Shown here: one piece after another, positions 29,720 through 39,419 of the stretch
How the letters are laid out: each line of letters opens with the position of its first letter
How positions within the stretch are numbered: position 1 is the stretch's first letter
From: an uncultured delta proteobacterium
GTDB taxonomy: Bacteria; Bdellovibrionota; FAC87; UBA2466
Length of the DNA stretch: 64,000 nt
Assembly: GCA_963778115.1 (NCBI GenBank)
Contig: CAVZSV010000005.1
Location: forward strand, 416,001 to 480,000
Direction of reading: 5' to 3'
Translations under genes and position numbers: made by a program
Notes under the pieces: generated by a model
Told to the model about the DNA's origin: nothing
What the model saw: only the letters and a program-made list of their open reading frames with translations
Database searches by the model: none

Positions 29720-30363
29720 ATTTTAGCGAGAGCTTGGCACTTAAGGCCGTAAGCTTGCTGCTCGCTTTGATCCTTTGGATCACTATCTTAGGGTTCAAAC
29801 GGGAAGAGGTTCGAAAGCAAGTAAAGCTTGAACCGCTTTTGCCCCCAGGGATGGTGCTCGTGAATAAGATTCCGGGCTACATTACCTTCACGCTTTCCGG
29901 ACCCCGTGTGCTATTAAAAGACGTCGAAAAGAAGCTCCCCACGATTCGACCCGATTTACGACGCAGCCGCGAAACGACCATTGGGTTTTCCGTCAGCGAG
30001 GATCTGATTGGCGAGCTTCCCAACGGAGTTAAAGTCACCTCCTTCTATCCGCCCAGCATCTTGATCCGGTTAGAAGAGGTAGTGGAGCGCTATGTGCCGG
30101 TGAAACCCACCCTTAACGGATCGCCCGCGGACGGCTATGAAATAGGGATAACCAGGGTCACTCCAGCCAAAGTCGCGGTTTCCGGTCCCAAATCTTTAGT
30201 TCAAGCGTTAGAATCAGTAGGTACCGAGGTTTTTGATGTTCATGATTTAAAGGGGGCTAAGGACGGAGAGGTCGCCGTGGAAGTAGACGGAAACCAAGGC
30301 TTTCAGCTCTCCCGAGACAAAGTGGTGCATGTCCATGTTACCACCAAGAAGGTCCACCCTTAG
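29716..30363 (+). CDS. cdaR: YbbR/CdaR-like regulator of CdaA
   Basis: [13 protein letters not shown] anchor; YbbR-like P..V.VSGP repeats; lies between cdaA and glmM. Confidence 0.85.
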   Translation: MNFSESLALKAVSLLLALILWITILGFKREEVRKQVKLEPLLPPGMVLVNKIPGYITFTLSGPRVLLKDVEKKLPTIRPDLRRSRETTIGFSVSEDLIGELPNGVKVTSFYPPSILIRLEEVVERYVPVKPTLNGSPADGYEIGITRVTPAKVAVSGPKSLVQALESVGTEVFDVHDLKGAKDGEVAVEVDGNQGFQLSRDKVVHVHVTTKKVHP

Positions 30364-30419
30364 CGAAGGGAAAGGCGACAGCAGATGAGTCGCTGGGCGA
30401 AAGGCATCACGGAGGACGA

Positions 30420-31817
30420 ATGAGTAAAGGAAATGGAAAATCAGAGGCTTCCGATCCCAAGCTTTTTGGCACGGACGGAGTCAGAGGTATTGCCAACCAA
30501 AAGCCCATGACGGGTGAAATCGCGATGGCAATTGGCCGCGCAACCGCTTTTCTGTTCTGCGAAAAAGACAGTCGCGGACTTCCCAAGAATACCAAAGTCG
30601 TCATCGGCAAAGATACCCGCCTTTCAGGTTATATGCTGGAAAACGCCATGGCCGCGGGCTTTTGTTCTATGGGAGCAAAAGTTTATCTAGTGGGCCCTTT
30701 ACCCACCCCCGGAATCGCTTTTATCACCAGAAGCATGCGTGCGGATGCCGGCGTTGTTATTTCGGCCAGTCACAATACCTATCAATACAACGGCATTAAA
30801 ATTTTCGACAGACACGGCTTGAAACTGCCTGATCAAAAAGAAAAAGAGATCGAGCTCGCAATGTATTCCGAAGAGCTCGATAAATTTCGCCCCACCATGG
30901 AATTTATCGGTAAGGCCACCCGTATCGATGATGCGATGGGACGCTATATTGTCTACGTCAAAAACACCTTTCCCGACGAACTTACTTTAGATGGCATTCG
31001 GGTGGTTCTCGACTGCGCAAACGGAGCCGCCTATAAAATCGCCCCCATCGTCTTTTCCGAATTGGGCGCTGAAGTATTTGCCATCAATTGCTCTCCGAAC
31101 GGACAGAATATCAACGAACAGTGCGGGGCGGTCTATCCTCAAACGATGTGCAAAGCGGTTCACGAACACCGCGCTGAAATTGGAATCGCGCTCGACGGAG
31201 ATGCCGACAGAGTCATTCTCTCCGATGAAAATGGCGAGATTGTCGATGGCGATCACATTATGGCTATTTGTGCCTTAGACATGATTAATCAAGGAACACT
31301 TAAAGAAAAGACCCTGGTCACTACTCCCATGAGCAACATGGGACTTGAAGTGGCTCTTAGAAAAGCCGGCGGAAAGATCCTAGTTGCCCCCGTGGGAGAT
31401 CGTTACGTCGTAGAGACCATGATCAAGAAAGGACTTAATTTAGGGGGAGAGCAGTCGGGACATGTGGTCTTCTTAGAACACAATACGACCGGCGACGGCA
31501 TGATTGCAGCCCTTAGAATTCTCTCCATCATGAAGCGTACGGGAAAGCGTCTCTCTGAATTAAAGCAACAAATGACTCAGTATCCGCAGGTTTTGGAGAA
31601 CGTGATCGTTCGTACTAAAGAAGACTTTAAGCAGCATCCCAAGATCCTTGAAGCCATCAAAAAAGTAGAGACGGCTTTGGGTGATAACGGAAGAGTCTTT
31701 GTCCGGTACTCGGGAACCGAGCCCTTGGCCCGCGTTATGGTCGAAGGCGAAGACTTTCAGAAAATTAACGAGTACGTCAAGGAGATAGCCCATTCCATCC
31801 GCAGCCAATTGGGATGA
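30420..31817 (+). CDS. glmM: Phosphoglucosamine mutase
   Basis: [28 protein letters not shown] and RYSGTEP motifs. Confidence 0.97.
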   Translation: MSKGNGKSEASDPKLFGTDGVRGIANQKPMTGEIAMAIGRATAFLFCEKDSRGLPKNTKVVIGKDTRLSGYMLENAMAAGFCSMGAKVYLVGPLPTPGIAFITRSMRADAGVVISASHNTYQYNGIKIFDRHGLKLPDQKEKEIELAMYSEELDKFRPTMEFIGKATRIDDAMGRYIVYVKNTFPDELTLDGIRVVLDCANGAAYKIAPIVFSELGAEVFAINCSPNGQNINEQCGAVYPQTMCKAVHEHRAEIGIALDGDADRVILSDENGEIVDGDHIMAICALDMINQGTLKEKTLVTTPMSNMGLEVALRKAGGKILVAPVGDRYVVETMIKKGLNLGGEQSGHVVFLEHNTTGDGMIAALRILSIMKRTGKRLSELKQQMTQYPQVLENVIVRTKEDFKQHPKILEAIKKVETALGDNGRVFVRYSGTEPLARVMVEGEDFQKINEYVKEIAHSIRSQLG

Positions 31818-31829
31818 ACTTGCACTTTT

Positions 31830-33338
31830 ATGCTACCGTTACTTTCTTCTCAGCAAAGTCGGGAGTGCGACAAATACACGATTGAAACCTTAGGGATTCC
31901 AGAGCTTGTTCTGATGGAACACGCGGCTTTGGGGGTAACCCACGCTCTGGAGCAGCGATTTCAAAAGCTTTTACCCGACACGCGCGGTGTAATTCTAGCC
32001 GGCCCCGGAAATAACGGAGGAGATGCCCTTGCCGTCGCACGCCAACTCTATCTCAAAGGGCTTCGTCGATTTTCGATTGTCCTTTTAGCCGAGGAATCAA
32101 AACTCTCTTCTTCCTGTCAAAAACAGCTTTCGCTAGTTAAAGCGTTGGGGATGGTGTTTAGAAACGACATCGGTGATTTTCCGACTAACCTTGAATGGGT
32201 GGTAGATGGAATTTTTGGAACCGGTCTGACTAGGCCCTTAGAAGCAATCTATGACAGGACAGTCAAAGCCGTTAATCAGTTCGGTAAAGCGTGGGTCGTT
32301 AGCATTGATATTCCAAGCGGTTTGTCGTCGGATACCGGTAACGTCTTGGGAGACTGTGTAAAAGCAAGCCATACCGTAGCCCTGGGATTTTTTAAGAAGG
32401 GACTTGTGACAGGTAATGCCGCCGATTATGTGGGCCTGCTCACGCTCGAACCGCTTCAAATTCCAAGACAGATCCCAGGATTTTTTCCGCAAGCCTTTTG
32501 GTATGAAGCGAATGACGCTAAAGCCGATCTCCCTACGCGAAGGGCAACGAGCCATAAGGGAGATTTTGGCCATGTCTTTGTCTGGGCTGGAACGCCTCAA
32601 ACGCAGGGTGCCGCTTGCCTTTGCTCGTTAGCCGCATTGAGGGCGGGTTCGGGGCTTGTTACCGTCGTGGGCGAAAGTACTACCCTGGCTACCGTGAGAT
32701 CGCGGCTTGCCCCAGAAATAATGACGCACGTTTTTGAAAAAGGACTCTTCTCCAAGAAAGGCGTCGCTTGCATCGGTCCGGGATTTGGAACCGAAGCGTC
32801 TAGCTGGAATGTTCTTTGCGAAGTGCTTAACTCCCCGTGGCCGATCGTGATTGATGCTGACGGAATTACGCTTTTGAGCCAACATGAGAAAGAGGCCAAA
32901 GCCCTTCTTAGAAAAAGGGCCCCCAGTACGACATGGCTAACGCCTCATCCGAAAGAAGCCGCCCGTCTGCTAAACAAAACGGTCGAATCGATTCAAGCCG
33001 ATAGATTTGAAAGCGTCGACCGATTAGCTAAAGAGTGGTCGGTCGCGATTTTGCTCAAAGGGAAGGGAACCCTTTCGCTTTCACCGGGAGAACTTCCTAT
33101 CGTTACCACGACGGGCAATAGCAGTCTTTCCAAAGGAGGATCGGGAGACGTCCTGGCTGGAATTCTGGCTTCATTAATCGGACAAGGAGTAGCAAGCGAG
33201 AAGGTTTTAAGTTTAGCGGCCTGGGTTCACGGAAGGACCGCGGAACTAATGTCACAAAGGGAAGGGACGCAAAGGGCTATCTTGGCAAGTGAGATAGCGC
33301 AGAATTTGCCTCACGTATGGAAAGAACTAGAGTCATAA
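31830..33338 (+). CDS. nnr: Bifunctional NAD(P)H-hydrate epimerase/dehydratase
   Basis: LMEHAA, GPGNNGGD, DGIFGTG, DIPSG, HKGDFG, TPHPKE and GGSGDVLAG motifs. Confidence 0.95.
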   Translation: MLPLLSSQQSRECDKYTIETLGIPELVLMEHAALGVTHALEQRFQKLLPDTRGVILAGPGNNGGDALAVARQLYLKGLRRFSIVLLAEESKLSSSCQKQLSLVKALGMVFRNDIGDFPTNLEWVVDGIFGTGLTRPLEAIYDRTVKAVNQFGKAWVVSIDIPSGLSSDTGNVLGDCVKASHTVALGFFKKGLVTGNAADYVGLLTLEPLQIPRQIPGFFPQAFWYEANDAKADLPTRRATSHKGDFGHVFVWAGTPQTQGAACLCSLAALRAGSGLVTVVGESTTLATVRSRLAPEIMTHVFEKGLFSKKGVACIGPGFGTEASSWNVLCEVLNSPWPIVIDADGITLLSQHEKEAKALLRKRAPSTTWLTPHPKEAARLLNKTVESIQADRFESVDRLAKEWSVAILLKGKGTLSLSPGELPIVTTTGNSSLSKGGSGDVLAGILASLIGQGVASEKVLSLAAWVHGRTAELMSQREGTQRAILASEIAQNLPHVWKELES

Positions 33339-33781
33339 CGGTAGAATCCATTGCCGAACTTTCTAAAGTTGCTCTTGAGCTCCGTAACGCCTTTCCGCTG
33401 GGAGCGGTCATCGGATTGAGCGGCGAGTTGGGAGCGGGAAAGACGACACTGGTGCGCGCCATCGTGGAACACGTCTGCCAAGAAAATAAGATAGCAGCCC
33501 CGCGAGTGACCAGCCCTTCGTTTGTGATTCATCAAACCTACGCAAAACTAAAACCTCCGGTAGAACATTATGACCTTTACCGGATGGACACGGCATCGAC
33601 CGAGCAACTCTTTGATATCGGCTATTTTGAAACCTTAGAGCGTACGATTCAAAACCGCGGCTTTCTTTTCGTGGAGTGGCCCGAGCGGGTGAGCGATGCT
33701 GCGATCTTAAGGTTAAACGCGTGGATGAAAATCGACCTATCGGGCCCGACGCAAAGGGTGTTTCACTGGTGGAAGGTGTAG
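33317..33781 (+). CDS. tsaE: tRNA t6A biosynthesis ATPase TsaE
   Basis: GELGAGKTT, VTSPSF, HYDLYR and VEWPE motifs. Confidence 0.93.
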   Translation: MERTRVITVESIAELSKVALELRNAFPLGAVIGLSGELGAGKTTLVRAIVEHVCQENKIAAPRVTSPSFVIHQTYAKLKPPVEHYDLYRMDTASTEQLFDIGYFETLERTIQNRGFLFVEWPERVSDAAILRLNAWMKIDLSGPTQRVFHWWKV

Positions 33782-33909
33782 GCTCCTACCAATTCATCTT
33801 ATTTGTCATTGGGAAAAGTCACACGCCGACGCGGCAACCGGTAACCCAAACCAGTTTGCCATATTTCCTCCTGCCCCAAAACTATGGTAGAAACCTCCGA
33901 CTCTCGCAG

Positions 33910-34125
33910 GTGTCATTGTTTACGCGGAAGCTAACGTTACGCGGGGATCCTCGTTGCCCTTTTATCCCAGCCCATTCACCCCCATTTCATGTCCAGCGCT
34001 GGTTAGCGCACTGGCCAGTCGCACCCCTTTTTAGCCTTTACGAAATCGAAAACGATCCTTCGGTCAGGCAATCTATCGAAGAGATCTTGGAACGGTCTGG
34101 GGTCAGAAGTTTTTTCCGCGAATAA
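33910..34125 (+). CDS. Possible small hypothetical protein (71 aa from GTG)
   Basis: 3' part of track ORF 33676-34125; fills the intergenic gap and ends at the terminator; no recognisable motif. Confidence 0.3.
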   Translation: MSLFTRKLTLRGDPRCPFIPAHSPPFHVQRWLAHWPVAPLFSLYEIENDPSVRQSIEEILERSGVRSFFRE

Positions 34126-34163
34126 AAAAAATCCCCGTAGCAACGTAGCGTTACCACGGGGAG
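34124..34163 (-). terminator. Rho-independent terminator
   Basis: Minus strand TCCCCGTGGTAACG-CTA-CGTTGCTACGGGGA followed by a T-tract, just after the stop at 34186. Confidence 0.75.
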
Positions 34164-34185
34164 CTAGCCATCCCGCTCTAGTTAT

Positions 34186-36357
34186 CTAGAGGTGGGGGTG
34201 CCAGCTCGGATGAGGGATGCTGGGCACTGATGGCAGAGAAGGCAGATTCGGATGCGGTAAGCTGGGTAGACTCGGGTGAGGAATCTGCGGCAGCGGCAAA
34301 TTAGGTAGACTGGGCAGTTGGGGTAAGTGCGATAGCTCGTATTGGAGTTGGCCTATCACCGCATTCCAGTGGTTTATCGTCGAATTCAGACTCGAGATCG
34401 TGGAATTAAACCCATCCCGCTGCTGGGAATAGGTACTTACGATCCCAGCCCAATGATCGACGGTACTTGCGATCGATTGGTAGGAGTTGGTTAGATTCGT
34501 CACTTGCGTCTGCATCTGTTGATAGCTCTGGTAAAGCGAGTTCACATTCGCTTCAAATTGATGTAGCTGGGCCAAGCTTTGGTTTAACACTTGGCTCGCA
34601 TGATCCAATTCCGCTTGAGCGTTGGGTATCAAGCCTTGGACATGTTGGTATTCTGACTGCGCTTCATTGACTCCGTTGCGAACGACTTGGCTCATCAAGT
34701 CGGTCGGGTCGATATGGTTACTCATATGCTGGGAATCGAACCATTGATTGATAGCATCTGCGGCCTCTCCCAACGTTCCCCAGCTGTGTTGGTGAATCAA
34801 TCTTACCGATGCACTTAGGGTCATCCGAGAAAGATCGATCTCAAGTTTGTCGACTTTGGCACTTCTTTCGTTTCCTTGAGCCAAGGGGCGAAGAAGATTT
34901 GCCAGATTTACAGCCACCTGAGTATTCGTGAGATCAATGATCGGGTTGCCCTGTTGGAACTGTGTGGCCAATACTTGAGAGGAGATTCCCAGTTGATTGA
35001 ATAATCCGCTCGAAACGGCCTGGCTCACCAGTCGGCTCGACATTGTCCCGATATCCATATTGGTAAAGTACTGAGCCGCTTTAGCCGATCCTCCCGCCAG
35101 TAAATGGGCCACCGCTTTGGTGAACAAAGCCTGAACATCACCGCTCACATCCGTCAGATGGTCGAAAGCGTTCATGGCATCTTGATATTGAGTCGCGCCC
35201 ACGTTAGCACCATCAATGCTAAGACCGAAGGCCAAGTGGCTAGACGGAAAGGTCGCCGAGGGGGAAGCGATTTTCAAATTGGGAAACAGTTCAGTGGGAA
35301 GATTGGTCTCCCAACTCGAAGAGGCGGAGTAGGTGCAACTGACCCCTTCCGCCTGGGCGGTGATTTGGATAGCGGAACTTGAGGGGCAGGGCTCTCCAAG
35401 CATTGCCGACAGCGCACACGTCGCGGCGTTCTCGATGTCGGTTTCGCCGGTCTGCAACAACCAGGAGTAAAGATCGTTGAACTCGAGTAGCACTTGATCT
35501 TGAACTTCTTTGATAGTCTGATCGGTAGAGGAGCCGTCGGTGATGATGGCTAGCGCGATTTGGTGTGCCGCCGTTTCCGCACTTGCCCAATCGGTGAAGC
35601 GTTCCGAAGAGAAGAAGTTCTGCCCTCCCGCATGGGAAGCAAAGTATTGAGCCCTGGCATTGGTGTAATTCGTCTGGTGACTCAGTTGCAATCCGGTAGC
35701 CGAAGACACCATGAATTGAACGGGATTGATATCGGGGATAGCGAAAACGCCCGACATCCAATCTTGGATTTTCTCGTTATCAAGGGTGAGCCCGCTCCCC
35801 AAGTCGATCTTTCCGTAGAAACTTCCGGTTTCGAAGTTAAACGTCATCTCGCCTTGAGTCGTTAGCGAATAGGCAAGGATCTTGGTATTAAGCGCATTAT
35901 TAAGGGCCGTATGATAGTCGGCCGTTAATGCTGAAACCTCGTTATCGAGATTCTGTCTTGCTGCCGTTAATTGATTTACAGCACCCTGATAGCTCTGGAC
36001 TTTCTGGGTCCATGACGTCACGGCCTGCTGAGCCTGCTGGTATTGGCTCGCGATATTGGATAAAGCGCCCTTGGCACTATTTAGTTGATTGCCAACGCTA
36101 GAGAGTTGGTTTTGGTATCCCGCCAACGTGGATTGGGCCGATGCTAATTCATTTTCCACCGTATGAAGATTTGCGACGGCGGTATTGAGCTGGCTAGTGG
36201 CAGCATCACGCGCGTGAACCGCGTTATTGATTTCATTTTCTAGGTCTGTGATCGGATTGGCCGAAAGGGCCTGGCTGACGAAGGCAACGACCGCAAAGAG
36301 GGCGGCAAAGAGGGTTGGGGAAAATACGTTTCTTTTTTTGGTATCGGTATCATCCAT
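34186..36357 (-). CDS. Secreted protein: coiled coil / globular core / coiled coil / Pro-His-rich tail
   Basis: AAGGAG RBS before ATG 36357 (track start 36441 is too long); signal peptide ending ...SQALSA; heptad-rich Q/N/A segments; LPSLPHP repeats. Confidence 0.8.
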   Translation of the reverse strand: MDDTDTKKRNVFSPTLFAALFAVVAFVSQALSANPITDLENEINNAVHARDAATSQLNTAVANLHTVENELASAQSTLAGYQNQLSSVGNQLNSAKGALSNIASQYQQAQQAVTSWTQKVQSYQGAVNQLTAARQNLDNEVSALTADYHTALNNALNTKILAYSLTTQGEMTFNFETGSFYGKIDLGSGLTLDNEKIQDWMSGVFAIPDINPVQFMVSSATGLQLSHQTNYTNARAQYFASHAGGQNFFSSERFTDWASAETAAHQIALAIITDGSSTDQTIKEVQDQVLLEFNDLYSWLLQTGETDIENAATCALSAMLGEPCPSSSAIQITAQAEGVSCTYSASSSWETNLPTELFPNLKIASPSATFPSSHLAFGLSIDGANVGATQYQDAMNAFDHLTDVSGDVQALFTKAVAHLLAGGSAKAAQYFTNMDIGTMSSRLVSQAVSSGLFNQLGISSQVLATQFQQGNPIIDLTNTQVAVNLANLLRPLAQGNERSAKVDKLEIDLSRMTLSASVRLIHQHSWGTLGEAADAINQWFDSQHMSNHIDPTDLMSQVVRNGVNEAQSEYQHVQGLIPNAQAELDHASQVLNQSLAQLHQFEANVNSLYQSYQQMQTQVTNLTNSYQSIASTVDHWAGIVSTYSQQRDGFNSTISSLNSTINHWNAVIGQLQYELSHLPQLPSLPNLPLPQIPHPSLPSLPHPNLPSLPSVPSIPHPSWHPHL

Positions 36358-36394
36358 TTCATTTCTCCTTGTGAATCTCACGGTACTTTCGATT

Positions 36395-36410
36395 TGCAAG
36401 GCCAGTGCCG
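36395..36410 (-). promoter_or_regulatory. sigma54 (-24/-12) promoter
   Basis: CGGCAC-TGGCC-TTGCA on the minus strand, 38 bp upstream of ATG 36357. Confidence 0.65.
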
Positions 36411-36530
36411 AAAAAACGGCATGAAATCCGGACAAAAACAAGGATTACGCAGAGATAACGATTATGGTGGATGGATAACCGGCCATCCTCTGACCGGATG
36501 GCGGCCAGGCAATGGCCATCCGTCTCACTG

Positions 36531-36591
36531 GCTCCTCGCCATGACAAACGTTTTGGCCATCATGGCGAGGAGCGAAGCGACTGAGCCATCT
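36531..36591. repeat. REP-like palindromic element
   Basis: 14-bp inverted repeat GCTCCTCGCCATGA (36531-36544) / TCATGGCGAGGAGC (36560-36573), then GAAGCGACTGAGCCATCT. Confidence 0.7.
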
Positions 36592-36633
36592 TGGTGCAAG
36601 AGGATGAGTGTCGTGCCGGTAAGCCCTGGCAGG

Positions 36634-38430
36634 CTACTGGCCTTGGTTGTTGTAATAGGAGTTGAATAAATCACACTGAACGCCGTGGTAGTTGTTTCCA
36701 GTAGCAGGTATTTCACTGAGGTTTAAATAGGGATCGGTCGAAACCTGGTAGGTTGGCCAATTCGCAAAGGCCGATTGGCCAACCCCTCCCACATTGGGAT
36801 TTCGAGTATAAGCAAAATTTCCCCAATAGCGTAACGCAGCCGCCTGAGTCGCCATGTCCGAGGGTAAAGGATCTAAAGTCATGCCCGCAGGCAGACTAAT
36901 CCCTTCGGCAGTTCCCCCGTTATTAAAGAAAGTAACTAGATTCTGTACGTTCTGAAAAACGTAGATTAACTCCTCTCCATGAAAAGCCTTTACGATATTA
37001 GGGCTGTCGCCTGCGAGCTTAAACAATTCTTGATACCCCTTAAATAGCGGTTGCGTAAAAACATACCGGTAAGCGGGTCCACTCAATGACAAGCCTCGAG
37101 CTACATTTCGAGTAGAAGTTGAAAAGTGGAAGTCGGTAAGAAAAGCTCCAATGGCTTGGGACACACAACTGTAACTACTGTCTTGATTGGTTTCCGCACA
37201 ATCGTAGAACTCGGGATTATAGTAAACCGAGTAAAGCGTCTGAGCTGTCAAAGGTTGTGAGGGGTATATGCCTTCCACGGCTTGCTCGTATTGGGCAGCA
37301 GTATCATCGGCCATCGAAGGCTCGGCACCGGCATATTCTCCCGAGTTATTACCAATCAAAACCGGGACCGGGTTAAAGTTCTTGCTTTTCAACGCTTGAA
37401 TGGGAGCCGCCTTCAAGAAATAACCGTCTACGACTGGTTCCCATGCTACCGTCTCCATCACGGCCAGAGGATCCGTGGGAGGATTAGCAATTAAACTACT
37501 GGGGGGGACCACGGTTGTTACGGCAGGGAGATTTCTTAAGCACTGAAGCGATTGCGCTTGAGAGGCACTAGAGGTGTCCGCGGCAATACAATCGGAGAAC
37601 ATGTTGGTATAAGCCGTTCCAAACTGGTTTGCCGACTGCTGGCTTATGGTATTGAAGTCGCCACTTTCGACGATAGCTCCGGAAAAAAGTCCCTGGGCTA
37701 AAGGCGATTCTACTTGTTCAAGAACACTTCCACCGCCGGCCGACTGGCCGAAAATAGTGACCCGTTTAGTATCCCCGCCAAATTTTGCGATATTCGTGTG
37801 GACCCATTGTAACGCCATCACTTGATCTAGCATCCCGTAATTTCCGGCACCGGGCCCTTCGGCTTGAAGGGCTGGAAGAGAGAGAAATCCTAGTGCTCCT
37901 AAACGATAGTTTAGGGTGACGACGATGACGTTAGCGTTCTGAGAAAGATTTTGTCCGTTATAGAGGTCAAAGGTACCCGTTGCCTGATCTCCACTAGAGT
38001 CTCCTGCAATGAAAGCACCTCCGTGGATGAAGACCATAACCGGAAGTGGAGAGGAGTTAGAACGATTATGCGGCGTCCAAACGTTAAGATAAAGACAGTC
38101 CTCACTTTGGCCGGCGCCTGAGTTCAACGCGTACCCGTTTACTTCGGATACCTGAAGACAAGACGAAGCATAGCTCGTGCCCACATCGTAAATTCCGGTG
38201 GAACCAAAATAGTTGAGCGGCATGGGCTGGGGTGCGGTCCATCGAAGCGATCCCACGGGAGGTACCGCAAACGGAATGGCCTTAAAAACGTCGGTGGTTC
38301 CTGAGGTAATTCCGCGGATGATTTTAGGAGGGGTTGTCGATTTGTCCATGGTAACCGTAGGACCGCCAGATTGTGCAAAAGCGGCGGAAGCCAACATGAA
38401 AATCGAAACGAACGAGAGCCACACCTTCAT
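36634..38430 (-). CDS. Secreted type-B carboxylesterase (cholinesterase/PnbA-like alpha/beta hydrolase)
   Basis: Signal peptide; IPFAVPPVGSLRW, SEDCLYLNVWTP, FIHGGAF, GQSAG nucleophile, NNSGE and FHGEEL motifs. Confidence 0.93.
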   Translation of the reverse strand: MKVWLSFVSIFMLASAAFAQSGGPTVTMDKSTTPPKIIRGITSGTTDVFKAIPFAVPPVGSLRWTAPQPMPLNYFGSTGIYDVGTSYASSCLQVSEVNGYALNSGAGQSEDCLYLNVWTPHNRSNSSPLPVMVFIHGGAFIAGDSSGDQATGTFDLYNGQNLSQNANVIVVTLNYRLGALGFLSLPALQAEGPGAGNYGMLDQVMALQWVHTNIAKFGGDTKRVTIFGQSAGGGSVLEQVESPLAQGLFSGAIVESGDFNTISQQSANQFGTAYTNMFSDCIAADTSSASQAQSLQCLRNLPAVTTVVPPSSLIANPPTDPLAVMETVAWEPVVDGYFLKAAPIQALKSKNFNPVPVLIGNNSGEYAGAEPSMADDTAAQYEQAVEGIYPSQPLTAQTLYSVYYNPEFYDCAETNQDSSYSCVSQAIGAFLTDFHFSTSTRNVARGLSLSGPAYRYVFTQPLFKGYQELFKLAGDSPNIVKAFHGEELIYVFQNVQNLVTFFNNGGTAEGISLPAGMTLDPLPSDMATQAAALRYWGNFAYTRNPNVGGVGQSAFANWPTYQVSTDPYLNLSEIPATGNNYHGVQCDLFNSYYNNQGQ

Positions 38431-38457
38431 AAACCCTCCTGTGTGAGGAAGGTAGTT

Positions 38458-38473
38458 TGCAGAAGGGGTGCCA
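38458..38473 (-). promoter_or_regulatory. sigma54 (-24/-12) promoter
   Basis: TGGCAC-CCCTT-CTGCA on the minus strand (GG-N10-GC), 28 bp upstream of the esterase ATG. Confidence 0.55.
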
Positions 38474-38763
38474 TCCGGCGTTTCACAAAAAGGCTAAACA
38501 AAACACGCCATGCGATCACAATAACGCTTGTCCAAGACTGTGAATCCGATGTGCACAATAAAGAGGCCCCAGGTAAGTCCATTCCCACAATGCGTTAACG
38601 GGGTGTCAGAAGGCTAAACAGCCTATGAAAAGACGAAAAACACACGCCGAAACCACTCAAACCGATGAACCTATATGAATATTCTGGCAGGTCAGTTTCG
38701 AAGCCTGGCATGGCGTCGAGCGCGAGAGTGATGCGCAAGGCGTCATGCTTTAGTCCTGATCCT

Positions 38764-38791
38764 GTGTCGTATAATAGCTATTATGTTAAAA
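38764..38791. other. dif: dif site (XerC/XerD chromosome dimer resolution site)
   Basis: GTGTCGTATAA-TAGCTA-TTATGTTAAAA has the 11-6-11 layout; the right arm matches E. coli TTATGTTAAAT at 10/11; intergenic; KOPS polarity is mostly convergent. Confidence 0.8.
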
Positions 38792-38822
38792 ATGGTAGCG
38801 GGAGGGGCTGGCTAAACTAGGC

Positions 38823-39359
38823 CTACGAACAGCTTCCGGCGGCATGTTTATCGGTAAAAAATCGAAGCGCCATCTTGTCGGTATTTTGAGTGGCTTGTAA
38901 CGAATTTCCGGTCATTCTTAAAGCTTGTAGTACGGGTGCCCCGGCGCACTTTCCATGATCGTTTTCGCAGACCGATACCGATAACACGATATTTTTCCAA
39001 TCGGTTCCGACAAAGGCTTTGACCGCTTTGAGATCAATCGTAAATTTCGCGATCGTTCCGGGCCCCAATAATGCCGTTCTAGGAACCACCACAAATTTTT
39101 CGTAGGCCTTGGAACCCTTGTCGTCGCTCATGATACTAGCGGCACGCACTTCGAACAGAAACTGACTTCCGTTTAGCTTAGATGACAAACAGCCGCCATC
39201 CAGGCCTATCTCCATGTCCGAGCTCTCAGTCGACGCTCCGGAGCGTGTGGGCTCATTATTTTGCGCGGCGTGCCGTATGGGGAAGTGCTGGTAAAGAATG
39301 CCGCAAAGCACAATGCCCGCAGTCATTATCACAGCAAACGCGAATCGATTATTGGACAT
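38823..39359 (-). CDS. Membrane-anchored hypothetical protein, paralogous to a domain of the upstream lipoprotein
   Basis: N-terminal TM; KFTIDLKAVKAFVGTDWKNIVLSVSVCENDHGKC aligns with TFSMSISALKTQFGSAWNNMMLNVRVCDDTNQNGKC. Confidence 0.75.
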   Translation of the reverse strand: MSNNRFAFAVIMTAGIVLCGILYQHFPIRHAAQNNEPTRSGASTESSDMEIGLDGGCLSSKLNGSQFLFEVRAASIMSDDKGSKAYEKFVVVPRTALLGPGTIAKFTIDLKAVKAFVGTDWKNIVLSVSVCENDHGKCAGAPVLQALRMTGNSLQATQNTDKMALRFFTDKHAAGSCS

Positions 39360-39371
39360 GAGTTACGCTCC

Positions 39372-39410
39372 GAGGTCAGGGATCAATTTTACCCACGGAT
39401 CCCTGACCTC
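39372..39410. repeat. 13-bp perfect hairpin between co-oriented genes
   Basis: GAGGTCAGGGATC / GATCCCTGACCTC with a 13-nt loop; no U-tract. Confidence 0.75.
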
Positions 39411-39419
39411 ACGCAAGTG

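Noticed and set aside
38793..38807. tRNA 3'-end-like sequence (CCCCTCCCGCTACCA on minus) beside dif
   Set aside because: No T-arm or cloverleaf; too short to call a tRNA or att site.
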